Assembly (NCBI GenBank): GCA_951406725.2
Contig: OX597820.1
Coordinates: 103,354,001 to 103,418,000, forward strand
DNA: 64,000 bases
Direction: 5' to 3'
Source: Octopus vulgaris
Lineage: Eukaryota
The translations under genes were made by a program, and so were the position numbers. The notes under the pieces are model-generated. The model worked only from the letters and a program-made list of their open reading frames with translations, searched no databases and was not told the origin of the DNA. This document shows, piece by piece, positions 1-15,036 of the stretch; the first letter of the stretch is position 1, and every line of letters begins with the position of its first letter.

Positions 1-679
1 TGCTGATGCTGTTCGTTGTTGTTGTTGTTGTTGTTGTTGTTGCTTAGCCCCCGGGTCAGTCCGGACCGAGTAGATCTATTATGATCAAAGACAATCCATT
101 CATGATCATTCCATCTTATTTTCAGATAATAGCCGTGATATTATCCAAAAAATAAAAAAGCAAAAAAAAAACGTGTCCTTTTTTCCTTTCTATATCAAGA
201 CAGAGGTGTGGTTGTGAAAGGAATTTGGTTGCTATTTCTAGCAAGGTAGCAGGGTCGTACAATGTGATTTTGTCGGTGTTGTTGCTGCTGAAGTTGTAAT
301 ATATAATATATGATTGTTGTAGTTGTTGTTGTTATTGACGTTTCTATTTGATTTGATGACGGCTTTAACCAAAGTGATGTCTTAAGTTTGTTATTGCAGT
401 TAATGTCATCGCCTTATTTATATATATATTGACTTACTTCTCCCCCACCTCCTCTTTCCCCTCTTTCCCCCACCCCTAACTAACAACCACACCCAACCAT
501 CCGTCCACCCAACATACTCCCTTTCACACCCAGAACTCTATTCTTCACCACTTCCACTACCTCGCACCTACCATTTCCCTCGATCACATCTTCAGCCACC
601 ACCTTTTTTTCCTGAACATAAACTCACACACACGCGCGCATACATGCATTCATACATACATATGCATGTCTATATATAC

Positions 680-715
<36 letters not shown>

Positions 716-822
716 TTATAGATAAATATACACATGCGCGTGTATGTATATGTAACTGTATATCATATATTCATATGTGTGTATATATAAGTACATATAA
801 ATGCGCATGTGTTTTTTCTATG

Positions 823-945
<123 letters not shown>

Positions 946-986
946 GTGTGTGTGTGTATATATATTACTTTATACCTTTTTCTATT

Positions 987-1035
<49 letters not shown>

Positions 1036-1886
1036 ACATGTATGTATGTATAATATATATAATTATACACGCACACGTAGTCACACATCTCTTCTTTCTC
1101 GACATTCCTCTCACTCTCTTTCCGCTCTTTATCTTCTTTTCCTTTTTTTCTCCCCCCCCCCATATCTATGCCCCCTCCTTCTCTCTCTCTCTCGAACCAA
1201 CCATGCGACATGCTGGAAAGTGCAGTCAAATTTCTTTGAAACCACATCTTACTGTCCCGGACTTACAAAAAGGTATTGCGTTTGATAAAATATAACCGGG
1301 TTCTCTTCATTTAGAAAGAAAGAAAAAAGACAGAGTGGTCACGGATGGAGTACCTCTGATGGTAGGGCTGGTCATTCAGGGCTAAACTTGCGCCTAAACA
1401 ACAACAACAACCTTGTCCACCTTTCTGTTTTTCTTAGTTTATTTTTCAGCAAACCATTCAACTATTAATTCCCACTCTCTCTCTCTTTCTCTCTCTTTCT
1501 CCCTCTCTCTCTCTCTCTCTTCATTTATCTGTCCGTCTGTCTGTCTCTCTGTCTATTCATCTATCTCCATTTCTTTCAATTTCTTTTAATTTCTCTTTCT
1601 CTGTCTGTACATCTGTCTGTCTGTCTGTCTGTCTCTCTCCCTCTCTCTCTCTCTCTCTCTGCTTCTCTCTCCTTAACCCTCTAATTCTCAGCATCTCTAT
1701 TAACACCCAACACATCCTCTAATTCTCTCTATCTCATTCCAACATATTCTCTCTTTCTCCTTCTCTTTCTCTCAACCCATTAACAATCTCTATTGTCATA
1801 CCCTCCTATGTCTCTCTTTCTCACTCTCTCTGATTTTTTCTCTCTCTCTTTCTCAACGCCAACCACTACCTCTCTACTTCACATTA

Positions 1887-2014
<128 letters not shown>

Positions 2015-2287
2015 TCACAACCAAGTCGTTCCACCTTATTGTCTCAGTATCTCCTTTTCACACACACACACACATGCAGATACACACACACACACACACA
2101 CACACACACCACGCGCACACACATACACACAAACACACACACACGCACACATGCTAATACACATTTATTTTCCCCATTCCCATCTCTAGTCCCCCCTTTC
2201 ACTTCGCTCTTTCTCTCTCTCACTCTCTTTTCTTCTCTCTTCTCTATCTATTTATCTCCATCATTCTATCTATTTATCTCTATCTTT

Positions 2288-2417
<130 letters not shown>

Positions 2418-2424
2418 TTATCTT

Positions 2425-2520
<96 letters not shown>

Positions 2521-2888
2521 GTTTGACTTCCCACACACAAGCATATATCCCTCCTTCTCTTTCCACCCTCTACACACCCTCTCTTACTCCCACTCATGTA
2601 CCCCCTCCTCCCTACCTCCCTACCTACCTACCCAGAAACGTAACTACCTATTTAGCCGTCTTTCCTCTCCTCCCATCCTTTGCCCTATTCTCCCTCCCAC
2701 ATATTTTGAACCACCCTCTCCCTCTACAGACCACCCTCTTCTACCCACCACTGCTCACCACTTCCCAACCCTTTCTGCAATACACGCACGTCTTATTCCT
2801 TCGTCTCTTCGTATCATCTCAGCTTTTCTTCTTTCATTTTTCTTTCTTTTTCTATTCTTTTATTACCCAACCCCTCCCCCTCTCTCTG

Positions 2889-2927
<39 letters not shown>

Positions 2928-3030
2928 TAATGCTTGTTTTTATGATCAGTTATAATAAAAAAAATTTACATTAATCTGAAGAGTTACTTTATACTTTTGT
3001 AGAGAACAAATTATTATTCTTAGACCAAAA

Positions 3031-3124
3031 TATTGACGGTGACTGAAAAGTTTCGTCCCGCTAAACCGTCGTCAACAGTCCAACGACGGCTTAGCAGACA
3101 GGAACTTCGAAGTCACTATCAATA
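3031..3124. repeat. Imperfect fold-back palindrome with degenerate hammerhead-like motifs (probable PLE terminal relic)
   Basis: The arms tattgacggtgac...gctaaaccgtcgt and acgacggcttagc...gtcactatcaata are reverse complements. The + arm reads agt-CCAACGA-...-GAAC-ttcgaa-GTC-act, which is HHR order with a mutated core. Confidence 0.5.
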
Positions 3125-3139
3125 ATATTTTTGTTTGCT

Positions 3140-3282
3140 TCCAAACAACATGATTCCGGATTCAGTCTCATTGTGTGGCACCTTGGCCAAGTGTCTTCTA
3201 CTACAGCGTCGGGCCGACCAAATCCTTATGAGTGAATTTGGTAGACAGAAACTGAAAGAAGCTCGTTGTATATATATATATA
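3140..3282 (+). mobile_element. SINE family A, 5' part, ending in its internal (TA)n
   Basis: Matches the intact copy at 15037 (ttccgg.ttcagtc.ca.tg.gtggcaccttgg.caagtgtcttcta...gaaactgaaagaagc). Confidence 0.75.
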
Positions 3283-3655
3283 TTCTCACTAGTTTCAGCT
3301 CAGAGCTGCGGCGATGCTGATTCACCGCCGTTTTGCTACAGCCTCTTCTAATATGTGGCACTTGGTGAACAATGGAGTTTGATATAGCTACCCTCATTTG
3401 CACCTCTTGCCGTGAGGTAGGTTCATCTGGGACTCTCGACAGGAAGAGGTCCAGCTTTGATATAAAAACCCCTACATCTAGTTTGTGCAACTTCCTCAGA
3501 CTCTTTGGGAGAATATTAAAAAGCTGTGGGCCCTTGAAACCCAGGCTTTTGCAGTAACTGGTCCCGAAGCGTGATGGTATTGCTGGGATCTTTGGCACTA
3601 TGCAGTGTCGTCCCGTTCTGGCATTGGTGTAGCTTTCAATGCCAAAATTTGGCAC

Positions 3656-3657
<2 letters not shown>
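3283..3657 (-). mobile_element. 5'-truncated CR1/L2-group LINE 3' end (ORF2 C-terminus plus 3' UTR), flanked by (TA)n
   Basis: ORF 3119-3655 translates as ...SLGFKGPQLFNILPKSLR...GVFISKLDLFLSRVPDEP, the typical CR1/L2-group ORF2 C-terminus (N.LP...F...LD.FL). (TA)n lies on both sides. Confidence 0.75.
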
Positions 3658-3729
<72 letters not shown>

Positions 3730-3907
3730 CGAAATGTTAGCGCCAAGCAGTGTTTAGGCATAAGCAAAATTAGTTAAAATATGTTTTTGATATATTTCAA
3801 CTGCCAAAAGGCAAAAACGCTACAATTAGCGCGGAGAAAATATCTCTCTTATGGTGAAAGAGAGATATATGTTTATTCAGTTTGTTCAATGTCGCCATCA
3901 ATCACGA

Positions 3908-3949
<42 letters not shown>

Positions 3950-4083
3950 ACACACACACACACACACATGCTTACAAGCATACATTACATACATTCATAA
4001 CTACATACTTGCACACACACACACACGCACACAAAACATCTATCCATTTTGTGTGTATGTGTGTGTGTATGTGTGTGTATGTG

Positions 4084-4136
<53 letters not shown>

Positions 4137-4138
<2 letters not shown>

Positions 4139-4541
4139 TGAGTTTAGTTAAGCATTTTATCTGATCAAATTCATCATATGGTTGCAGGACTGTTTCCGAA
4201 GGGAAACGTAATCTTTCAGGATGATAATGCACAAATTCTCACAACTAAAGTTGTCACTGAATGGCCACAGTCCCCAGATCTCAATATTATTGAACATTTA
4301 TGGTGCATTTTAGAAAAACAAGTAAGGAGCCGATATTCTTCACCATCATCACTACAAGAGCTGGAGACTGTTTTAGCTGAAGAATGGACAAAAATTCTTT
4401 TGGAAACAATTCAAACTTTGTACGAGTCCATACCTCGTGGAATTCAAGCTGTAATCATTGCCAAAGGCGGTCCTACCCCATATTAAAATAAATTTGTTTG
4501 GAATTCTAAGGTGTTTCTATTATTTTTGTCCAATCCCTGTA
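4137..4541 (+). mobile_element. Tc1-type transposon 3' fragment (DD34E transposase C-terminus plus right terminus)
   Basis: ORF 4178-4486 contains FQDDNA...WPQSPDLNIIEHLW...YESIPRGIQAVIIAKGGPTPY and the element ends in ...ttttgtccaatccctg-TA. Confidence 0.85.
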
Positions 4542-4546
4542 TATGC

Positions 4547-4930
4547 AGGCGTGACTGTGTGGTAAGAAAATTGCTTCCCAACTACATAGTTCCGGGTTCA
4601 GTCCCACAGCGTGACATCTTGGGCTTGTGTCTTCTACTATAGCCTTAGGCCAATCAAAGCCTTGTGGATTAGATAGATGGGAACTGAAAAAAAGCCCACC
4701 GAGTATATATGTATGCATGTGTTTGAATATATGCTTGTTTCTCATAACCGCTTGACGACGGGTGCTAGTTTGTTTACGTCTCTGTAAACTAGCGGCTTAG
4801 GAAAAGAGACTGATCGAATAAGTACCAGGCTTAAATAGATATAAGTCCTGTGATATATTTTTTCGACTAAAACCCTTGAAGGCAGTGCCCCAGCCTGGCC
4901 GCAGTCAAATAATGACTGAAACAAGTAAAA
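4547..4930 (+). mobile_element. SINE family A, diverged full-length copy
   Basis: tRNA-like head, cttggg...gtgtcttctactatagc body and the tail ggccgcagtcaaataatgactgaaacaagt. Confidence 0.85.
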
Positions 4931-4959
4931 AGTGCATTCGTGGATGGTCATTTTGATAG

Positions 4960-7640
4960 TTTAGCCAACGAAAACATACGCACTATATACATTTTTGGTG
5001 TTCATTTGCTTCAGCTTTATTTTATATTAGCTGTATTTCGACCACAGTTCTTTCGTCACACTTCTGTGACCTCATCAGTGGTCCTTTGCTTTCTTCTTTC
5101 TTTTTTGTGTCTCCCCTTCCTAACGATCTGCCATTTTGTATTCCTATTGTATGTGTCTTTATTTGCGCATGCGTATATCCCTGTGTGTCTATGTTTAGTA
5201 AGTGTGTGTGTGAGAATGTGTATGGTACCTGCATTATTAGTATCTCCTGTTTATTCGCGTTCATTTAATTTACTTTTATTTATTTTATTCATTTTTATCT
5301 ACTTATTTTTCATTTCTTTCTTTTTTTGTATTAATTTAATTCAATTTAATCTATTTTCTTTTGTTTATGTATATAATTATTTAATTCAATATATCTATTT
5401 GTCTATTGTATGAGTTTCATATTATTATTAGGCAATGCAACCTCACATCGCCAATATGAAAGTAACAACTTTACAGGCGCATGAGGAGAGAGAAAAGGTC
5501 CATGATGTGGACAATTGTTCCGGGACCTCAGAAACGCACGGCCAACAATTTCCAAGCCTGGAACAACGATATCCTGACGCTGTATAGACTCCGCAAGGAC
5601 CACAAAATAACCATCAATCCAATGGCGGGATCACCAAGATCAGTCTGCGGTGCGAATATCGCTAGCAACTACAGGATCTCCTACTTCCTCTCAATGATCA
5701 TATGCTCCATAATCCAGATGTTACCAGATGTTTGTGACAGCACGGAAGATCTCCTCAGCAGGATCAACGACTGTAACAACACCTGCGACCTGTCAGGTTG
5801 TATAGTGGGTAGCACGGATGTGGTATCCCTATACCCACCCATCGACGTAGAAGTGCGTGGAGATGATCAGCGAAAGCGAAGTAGAGTTCCGCAGTGTCAA
5901 CACAGAGGAACTAGGCCTCCTACTTAGACTGACATACGACAGTGAATATCTAGACAAATATGACATTAGAAGTCTCTGCCCCAGTAGACGTTTAAGAGGT
6001 AGACCCCCTACAATTACATCTATGGCTAGGAAGACCCATATAGAGAGATGGACCAGATGGACCAGAGCCATACGGACTCTCGAAAACCAGTATCAAGTAA
6101 AGAAAATGATCGCACATACACTAGGAGCTAGTATAAGAGTTGCCCTAAAAGGCCACACGTTTAAGTTTAACAACAAAATATATGTCTAGGATGAGGGGTT
6201 AACATCGCCGGTGATGTGGCTAACCTTTTCACGGTATAGTGGGACAGGAGGCTTACAGAATACCTGGCACAAAACTCTATACTCATCAACATGTACTCCC
6301 GCTATGTCGATCATATCAACATAGTGGTAAAAGCACCCCAACAAGAGAATATCCTTGATATAGAAATAGAAACTAATACATAGAGAGCATCCAGCAAATA
6401 GCAAACTCCATCCACTAGAGTACTAAGGTCACGATAGACTTTACGAAACACCCTAGCCATAGACTACCAGTACTAGATACAGAACTCTGGCTGGAAACTG
6501 AAAAATAAAACCTAAATCCTCCATTCACACTGTGCCAAACCTATGGCCTCCAAATACCTGATCCACTGGAACTCAGCTATCGCGAACAATGCCAAATTCG
6601 ATATTATTGATGGCAGATCTCATCAGAGTAATGAGAAATGTGTCCCACATGTGCGACCCTGCAAAGTTAAAGACACACATACAATATTTCGTTCACTGCA
6701 TGCAGTTCTCAGGATACAGCCATAGAGAAAGGATCAGAGTATACAAAGGAGCCATGAGGAAATTTGAAACTATCATACGTAACGATAGGAATGGGATTTG
6801 ACCACTCTATAGGAGCAAGTCATGGAATACCATTGAAAGGACTAAGAAAATAGGGAAGGCTAACTCATGGTATGATAGCCACAAATAACAGATTGTCATG
6901 TTCATCGACAGCACCCCTAGAGGTGAATTTGCGTACCGCTTTAGAAGGGTCCTAGAAAAGCTTAAGCTAAGAATTAAGTTTGTAGAAAGGCCAGGAAACC
7001 CTATCAAATCCCTAATCAGTAGAAGCTACCCTTTTAATTGAACCACTGTACTGACAGGAGCTCTATTGTATGTAGATTTAGCCCACAAACAAACTGTAAA
7101 GCTTGGAATGTAGTCTATAGTATAAGATGTACAGAGGGACGGTGCAGAAACAAGGAAATTATGTATAAGGAAGACAACACGGAGCACAAGAGACGGGTAA
7201 ATGAGCATTGGACGCAACGCTTAGACAAATTACAGAAGCTACACACATAATAGATGATAAACTTGGCCTAAATAGAAAACTAGAATGGAACACTAGAGCC
7301 CCCTACACACACACACACCACAACTATGACGGAATGAGATCCCCATAAACTAATAATAATATGAAACTAATAAAATAGACAGATAAATAAATTGAATTAA
7401 ATAATTATAAACATAAACAAAATAAAATATATTAAATTAAATGAATACAAAAAGAGAGAAAGAAATGAAAAAGTAAGTAGATAAAAACAAATGAATAAAA
7501 TAAATAGAAGCAAATTAAACGAACGTGAATAAACAGGGGATACCGATAATGCAGGTTCCATACACATTCCCACACACACATTTATTAAACATAGACACAC
7601 ACAGGGATATACGCACACGCAAATAAAGACACGCAGAGGG
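4960..7640 (+). mobile_element. Decayed Penelope-like retroelement (RT + GIY-YIG) with an inverted 5' copy of its 3' terminal repeat (pLTR)
   Basis: Frameshifted peptides LYRLRKDHK...STDVVSLYPPID (5481-5927), YSRYVDHI (~6295), KPMASKYLIHWNSA, FVHCMQFSGYS and CKAWNVVYSIRC (GIY-YIG start, ~7090). About 5150-5430 is the reverse complement of about 7350-7635. Confidence 0.85.
5039..5083 (-). ncRNA. Minimal type I hammerhead motif in the inverted PLE pLTR (cleavage-site base is G, so probably inactive)
   Basis: Minus strand: gacca-CTGATGA-g-gtcac agaagt gtgac-GAAA-gaac-TG-tggtc. Stems I and II pair. Confidence 0.7.
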
Positions 7641-7819
7641 ATATAAAATGGCCGTCTCCAAATTCAACAATATCTATTTCAACACACGAATTCACATCAA
7701 GAATCTTGCAAAACGAATATATCAACGTATATATATATATATATATACAAACATATGCATATGTATGTATTTCACGCACGCACACAAACATAAACACATA
7801 CACACGCATGCATATGAAT

Positions 7820-8130
<311 letters not shown>

Positions 8131-8282
8131 TCTTTTCTTTATATGTCTTCTTCCTCTCCCCTCTCTCTTTCTCTTCTCTCTTTCTTCCTCTACCTGGTGG
8201 TGGTTGTGGTGGTTGCCGGAGTTGCTGGTAGGTCAAGGTGATGCGTGTGGCAGTTTTGTAATTATCGTACTGACGACGATGA

Positions 8283-8337
<55 letters not shown>

Positions 8338-8776
8338 AAGATAGACACAAAGAGAGAAAGACAGAGAGAGAGAGTGAGAGAGGGAAGAAGGGACGGAGAG
8401 AAAGAAGGAGGGAGGGAGGGAGGGAGAGAAGCAGAGCGTCAGGCGTAAACAAACTGTTCAGATTGACTTGATAGAGAGACACGTGTAGAAGGCGAGAATG
8501 TTTAGAAATCTTTCTTACAGAACAGATGGTAGAAGGTGCAGTGGGGTGCGGGTAGGGGTGTGAGAGAATTCGGGTAGGGGTGATCGGTTTAGTGTTAGAT
8601 GACTGACGGGTGGGATGGTAGGGCTTGGAAGGGTAGGAGGGCGGCTAGCAGGGTGTTTGGCTCGATGGCTGGATGGGTGGCAGAAGTTAATATTTTTGGT
8701 ATGTCAATACGCAGAGAACGGAGGTATGGACCGTAGGGAGTTTGGCATAAAGATAGATTGATTGACAAGCACATAT

Positions 8777-8927
<151 letters not shown>

Positions 8928-9040
8928 TAACTTGATTGCTCGGCAGATAAATATATAGATATATATATGCAGTCAGATAAACATGCTGACAAATACATAC
9001 ATACTTGCATACATACATACATAATACATACATACGTATG

Positions 9041-9078
<38 letters not shown>

Positions 9079-9092
9079 ATTTTAATCCCGGG

Positions 9093-10135
<1,043 letters not shown>

Positions 10136-10444
10136 TTCAATTTATTAGACGGTGTCCAATAAATGTCATCAAATAAATGGAACAGGTTTTGATGGTTATA
10201 TGGATTATTTATTTAATTATTTATTTAATTTAATTAGACAGCTCTTTCTGTCGCAAAAGAAATTCATATTACCATCAAAACTCCGTCTAATAATTTGAAT
10301 CTTCCAGTGATTTTTATTTATATATATTCATACAGAAATGAAAGGAATCCCTTAAATAAAGTATGATTTAAAAACCCTGGAAACTTTGGGAATAACACCT
10401 TCAACGGAAGAAGTATTTTTATCCGGAAAAATATTATATATATT

Positions 10445-10674
10445 CTTTTATTCTTTTATTCTTTTATTTGTTTCAGTTGTTTGACTGCGTTCATGCCGGA
10501 GTACTGCCTTTAGTCGAACAAATCGACCCCAGGGCTTATTCGTGGTAAGCCTAGTACTCATTCTATTGGTCTCTTTATCCGAACCGGTAAGTTAGGGGGG
10601 TGTAAACACACCAACATCGGTTGTCAAGCGATGGTGGTGGGACAAATACAGACACAGAAGCATACATATATATA
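10445..10674 (-). mobile_element. SINE family A, 3' half
   Basis: Reverse complement of the family A tail and body, ending at its internal TA/CA tract. Confidence 0.8.
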
Positions 10675-10874
10675 CTTTATTTAAAAGCAGCAGAAAATTC
10701 AACAAAACCTGTAACTCTGAGTTTTACGTTCCCGTTCGTCGGACAGGGAACGTGAAACTCAGAGTTACAGGTTTTGTTGAATTTTCTGCTGCTTTTAAAT
10801 AAAGCATATTACTCTACCCCTGGTATTTGAGTACACTTTTTTCCACCTTATTTCACATTTATGTGTTTACTCCA

Positions 10875-10875
<1 letters not shown>
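10675..10875 (+). mobile_element. PLE terminal fragment with a 59-bp-arm fold-back (10675-10804), inserted in (TA)n
   Basis: Arms 10675-10733 and 10746-10804 differ at one position. The minus strand at 10709-10746 reads ctgt-CCGACGA-acg ggaa cgt-aAAACT cag AGT-T-acag. The same family occurs at 20834-20965. Confidence 0.7.
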
Positions 10876-10930
<55 letters not shown>

Positions 10931-10932
<2 letters not shown>

Positions 10933-11610
10933 TTGTCATGTTTCTGTGGAAGATATCACGCATGTAATTAGCAGCTGTCCTAAAATGTCGTCACGGTACT
11001 ATCTCCCTATGCAGCATGATGTTGTTGCTAAAACAATTTACAATGCCATCAGCAAAAAAGACTGTCCTGAAATAAACTTAGAAAATCCGTGTTATGGAAT
11101 ACATTCATAAACACCAATTCAAGGAATACTGGTGGAATATTCCTATCAAGACTTCTATCAAATGTAAACATAACAGGCCGGATATTGTTGTTTGGGACAG
11201 AGCGGCAAAGGTATGTACCTTCATAGAAATCAGCTGCCCTGCAGATATAAATATCTCCTTGAAAATCAAAGGAAAAGAAGATATCCATGGATAACTGCTT
11301 CGAAACCTTTGGCTTCTATATCCAGACTATGAATTCATATTCATACCAATAATAATTGGAGCAGTAGCTTTTGTTAGTAAATGCTTAAAGAAGAATCTGT
11401 ATAAACTGGGATTTTCAGAAATCGACCATCTAATTCGTACAGTGCAAATGCAATCTGTGAGTGAAACAGTAAAAATATGCAAGACTTTTCTCAAGTTACA
11501 AATATGAATTTGCCTGTGTTAACTACATCCCAAACATGGGGCCATGTATCTTTGTTGGAAACCGGCTCCCTACTCAGCGGAAGATTTATAATAATTAAAA
11601 AATAGAAGAG
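10931..11610 (+). mobile_element. R4/Dong-like LINE 3' fragment (CCHC zinc finger + restriction-like endonuclease)
   Basis: CHVSVEDITHVISSCPK...HDVVAK...WWNIPIKTSIKCKHNRPDIVVWD...FIEISCPADINI...IPIIIGA; ends next to acat repeats. Confidence 0.8.
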
Positions 11611-11631
11611 ACATACACACATACATACATT

Positions 11632-12070
11632 CACAGACCCGGCATAATAATTTGGGATAGAGAAGAGAAACTATGTACAGTTGTAGAAATAAGCTACCCA
11701 GCGGATATTAACTTAAAGCTAAATATCAGTGAAAAAGAAAATACTTACGTTGAACTATTGAGGAATCTACAGCTACTCTATCCAGATTACAAGTTCAGGT
11801 ATATACCTGTAATTATTGGGGCACAGGAATATGTAATACACTGCCTAAATACCAATCTTGAAAAATTAGGTTTCTCAAAGCCAGAAAAGAGAAAGCTGTT
11901 TCGAAGACTACTGATCCAGCCATCACTGGAACTGTAAAGACCTGTAAAACTTTCCAGAAGTTTATCATTGAAGATGCAACTGCATGTGTAGGCTATGTGA
12001 TGTTTCTGCGGAAGACATGCAACTATATGCATGAGAATACATACGTAAAATAAAACATACAAATCTGTGG
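11632..12070 (+). mobile_element. Second R4/Dong-like endonuclease 3' fragment, followed by (ACAT)n
   Basis: RPGIIIWDREEKLCTVVEISYPADIN...LYPDYKFRYIPVIIGA, paralogous to 10931-11610. Confidence 0.75.
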
Positions 12071-12082
12071 GTATACACACAC

Positions 12083-12480
12083 ATACATACATACATACAT
12101 ACATACATACATACATACATACATACATACGCACGTACATAAATACATACATCCATACATCCATACATACATACATACGTACGTACATACATACATACAT
12201 ACATACATACATACATACATACATACATACATACATACGTACATACATACATACATACATACGCACGTACATAAATACATACATCCATACATCCATACAT
12301 ACATACATACGTACGTACATACATACATACATACACACACATACGTACATACATACATACATACATACATACATACATACATACATACATACATACGTAC
12401 ATACATACATACATACATACATACATACATACATACATACATACATACATACATACATACATACATACATACATACATAC
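12083..12480. repeat. (ACAT)n microsatellite with internal higher-order duplication
   Basis: Read directly. Confidence 0.97.
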
Positions 12481-12612
12481 GTAAATTTATTCGTTGCCCA
12501 CTCCCATTTCTTTCAATCCTTTCTAATGTTATGAGCTAATGAAAATATTTTTATCGTAGTGCTTTAAAATTCAATGTTTTGTCGTGTCACCAGGAGTTAT
12601 GAAGAACGTGTA

Positions 12613-12946
12613 ATGGTGGTGGTGGTGGTGGTGGTGGTGGTGGTGGTGGTGGTTGTGGTGGTGGTGGTGGTGGTGGTGGTGGTGGTTGTAGTGGTGGTGG
12701 TGGTGATGGTGGTGGTGGTGGTGGTGGTGGTGGTGGTGGTGGTGGTGGTGTGGTGGCGGCGGTGGTGGTGGTGGTGGTGGTGGTGTGGTGGTAATGATGG
12801 TGGTGGTGGCGGTGGTGGCGGTGGTGGTGGTGGTGGTGTGGTGGTGATGATGGTGGTGGTGGTAGTGGTGGTGGTGGTGGTGGTAGTGGTGGTGGTGGTG
12901 GTGGTGGTAGTGGTGGTGGTGGTGGTGGTGGTTGTGGTGGTGGTGG

Positions 12947-12977
<31 letters not shown>

Positions 12978-13088
12978 GGTGTGGTGGTGGCGGCGGTGGT
13001 GGTGGTGGTGGTGGTGGTGTGGTGGTAATGATTGTGGTGGTGGTGATGATGGTGGTGGTGTTGGTAGTGGTGGTGGTGGTGGTAGTGG
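12613..13088. repeat. (GGT)n G-rich trinucleotide repeat
   Basis: Read directly. Confidence 0.97.
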
Positions 13089-13720
13089 TGTCTTCGTTTT
13101 GCTGAACAACCTGGATGCGACGAATATCATTGTAGTGTGCATAGCTTCTGCAGCCAGTTCTACTCTCTCACCCTTCAAACTTGTATTAGTCCGGTGCAAC
13201 AAGTACCACGAGCCCCGTGGTTTACTCAGTATAGCGAACTGGTGGTTTATAAAAAAAAAAAGGGTTCGAATCTTACTTCTCGCTACACGCGTAAACATGC
13301 ATACAAACACACACACACACACACCCATGGACTGACACACGCGCGCGCACATACATACATAAATACATACATACCTGCCTACATACACTCACACACACAG
13401 GCATGCACATATATACATCCACACACATACATACATGCATATATACATACACTCACACACACATGCACACTCATACACTCACACACACACGCATGCACAT
13501 ACACACACACATACATACATACATACATGCATACATACATACATACATACATACATACATACATACATACATACATACATACCTGGAAAGAGTGGGACTT
13601 TATAGTGCAATTAATCTGTTTCGAATTTCAGTTTTTCGACATATGATAGAAATTACAGGCTAATTCAGGTGACAAATACTTATCACCTGTATATTATATA
13701 CTATACTTTATCGTCTATGT

Positions 13721-13920
13721 CAGTGGCTGTCAACCAGGGTTCCGCCAGTACAGTCCAGGGGTTCCGCAAGAAGTTACAAAAATGATAAAATCGACAGTAA
13801 TTTTTAATTCTCCTGTGCAGATATGTGTGCATAAGACAATTAAATTATTGCACAGGGGTTCTTCGAGCCAGTGAAATGTTTTCTTGGGGTTCCGCTCCAG
13901 CAAAAAGGTTGAAAGCACTG
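13721..13920. mobile_element. hAT-type MITE (200 bp)
   Basis: TIRs cagtggctgtcaacc and ggttgaaagcactg; near-identical 8-bp TSD gtctatgt / atctatgt. Confidence 0.8.
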
Positions 13921-14069
13921 ATCTATGTATTAAACATGGCGACCGTAATTAATAGTTCGATATTCGGACGTATGTACCTAGCGCTTATATAAACGCAACA
14001 AGCCATATTATTGGAAAAGTTGGCCTACAAAATGCATCTGAGTAAGCACATTAATACTTGTATATATTT

Positions 14070-14392
14070 GAAGACGCGTGGCTTAGTGGGTAAGGGTATA
14101 CACTCACGATTATAAGGTCGCGAGTTCGATTCCTGGCGGTGCGGTGTCCTTGAGCCAGACACTTTATTTCACTTTGCTCCAGTCCACTCAGCTGGCAAAA
14201 ATGAGTAGCATCTGTATATGAAAGTCTCAACCATGTCACATTCTGTGTCACGCTGAATCTTCCCGAGAACTACGCTAATGGTACACGTGTCTGTGGAGTA
14301 CTCAGCCGCTTGCACGTTAATTTCACGAGCAGGTTGTTCCGTTGATTGGATCAACTGGAACTCTCGTTTTCGTAAGCAACCGAGCGCCAGTG
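14070..14392 (+). mobile_element. SINE family C (tRNA head + CORE-like domain)
   Basis: A/B-box-like tggcttagtgg...gagttcgattcct, then gtgtccttgagc.agacactttatttca. Confidence 0.85.
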
Positions 14393-14461
14393 CCATCTGT
14401 ATATCCACATTGCATATGCTGTAACGCCCAAAGATAAACAAATACGACAAACGTATCTATA

Positions 14462-14642
14462 GACGCAAGCGTGGCTGAGTGGTAAGAAGATTGCCTCCCA
14501 ACTATGCGGTCTTGGGTTCAGTACCACCGTGGAGCACCTAGGCAATTACGTATCTTCTGCTATAGCTTCGGGCTGACCAAAGCCTTGTGAGTGGATTTGA
14601 TAAACAGAAGCTGAAGAAAGCACGTTGCACGTGTGTGTGCGC

Positions 14643-14691
<49 letters not shown>

Positions 14692-14897
14692 CGTGCGTGC
14701 GTGTGTGTGTGTGAGTGTACGCGCGCGCTCGCTCACGTTTGTGTTTGTTCTCCACCATTGTTTGATAATCGATGTTGGTGTGTTTACGTCCCTGTAACTT
14801 AGCAGTTTTGGCAAAAAGAGGCCAATAGAATAAGCACCAGGTTTAAAATATAAATAAGTATTGTGATCGATTTGTTCGACTAAAATCTTTCAAGGCT
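14462..14897 (+). mobile_element. SINE family A, diverged
   Basis: Homologous to the copy at 15037, with an internal (CG)n/(TG)n tract. Confidence 0.8.
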
Positions 14898-15036
14898 GTA
14901 AGCAAAAGAAAATATTTCAGTCATACGTACAAATATATACTTACGATGATTTCGTCGCCGCCACCTGTACCAGTACAGCCATCGTCACCACCAACAACAA
15001 CGGCAACAGTAAAAAGAGTAACACCACTAACATACA

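Noticed and set aside
12574-13388. Poly-Val, poly-Thr/Pro/His ORFs
   Set aside because: Product of the (GGT)n repeat.
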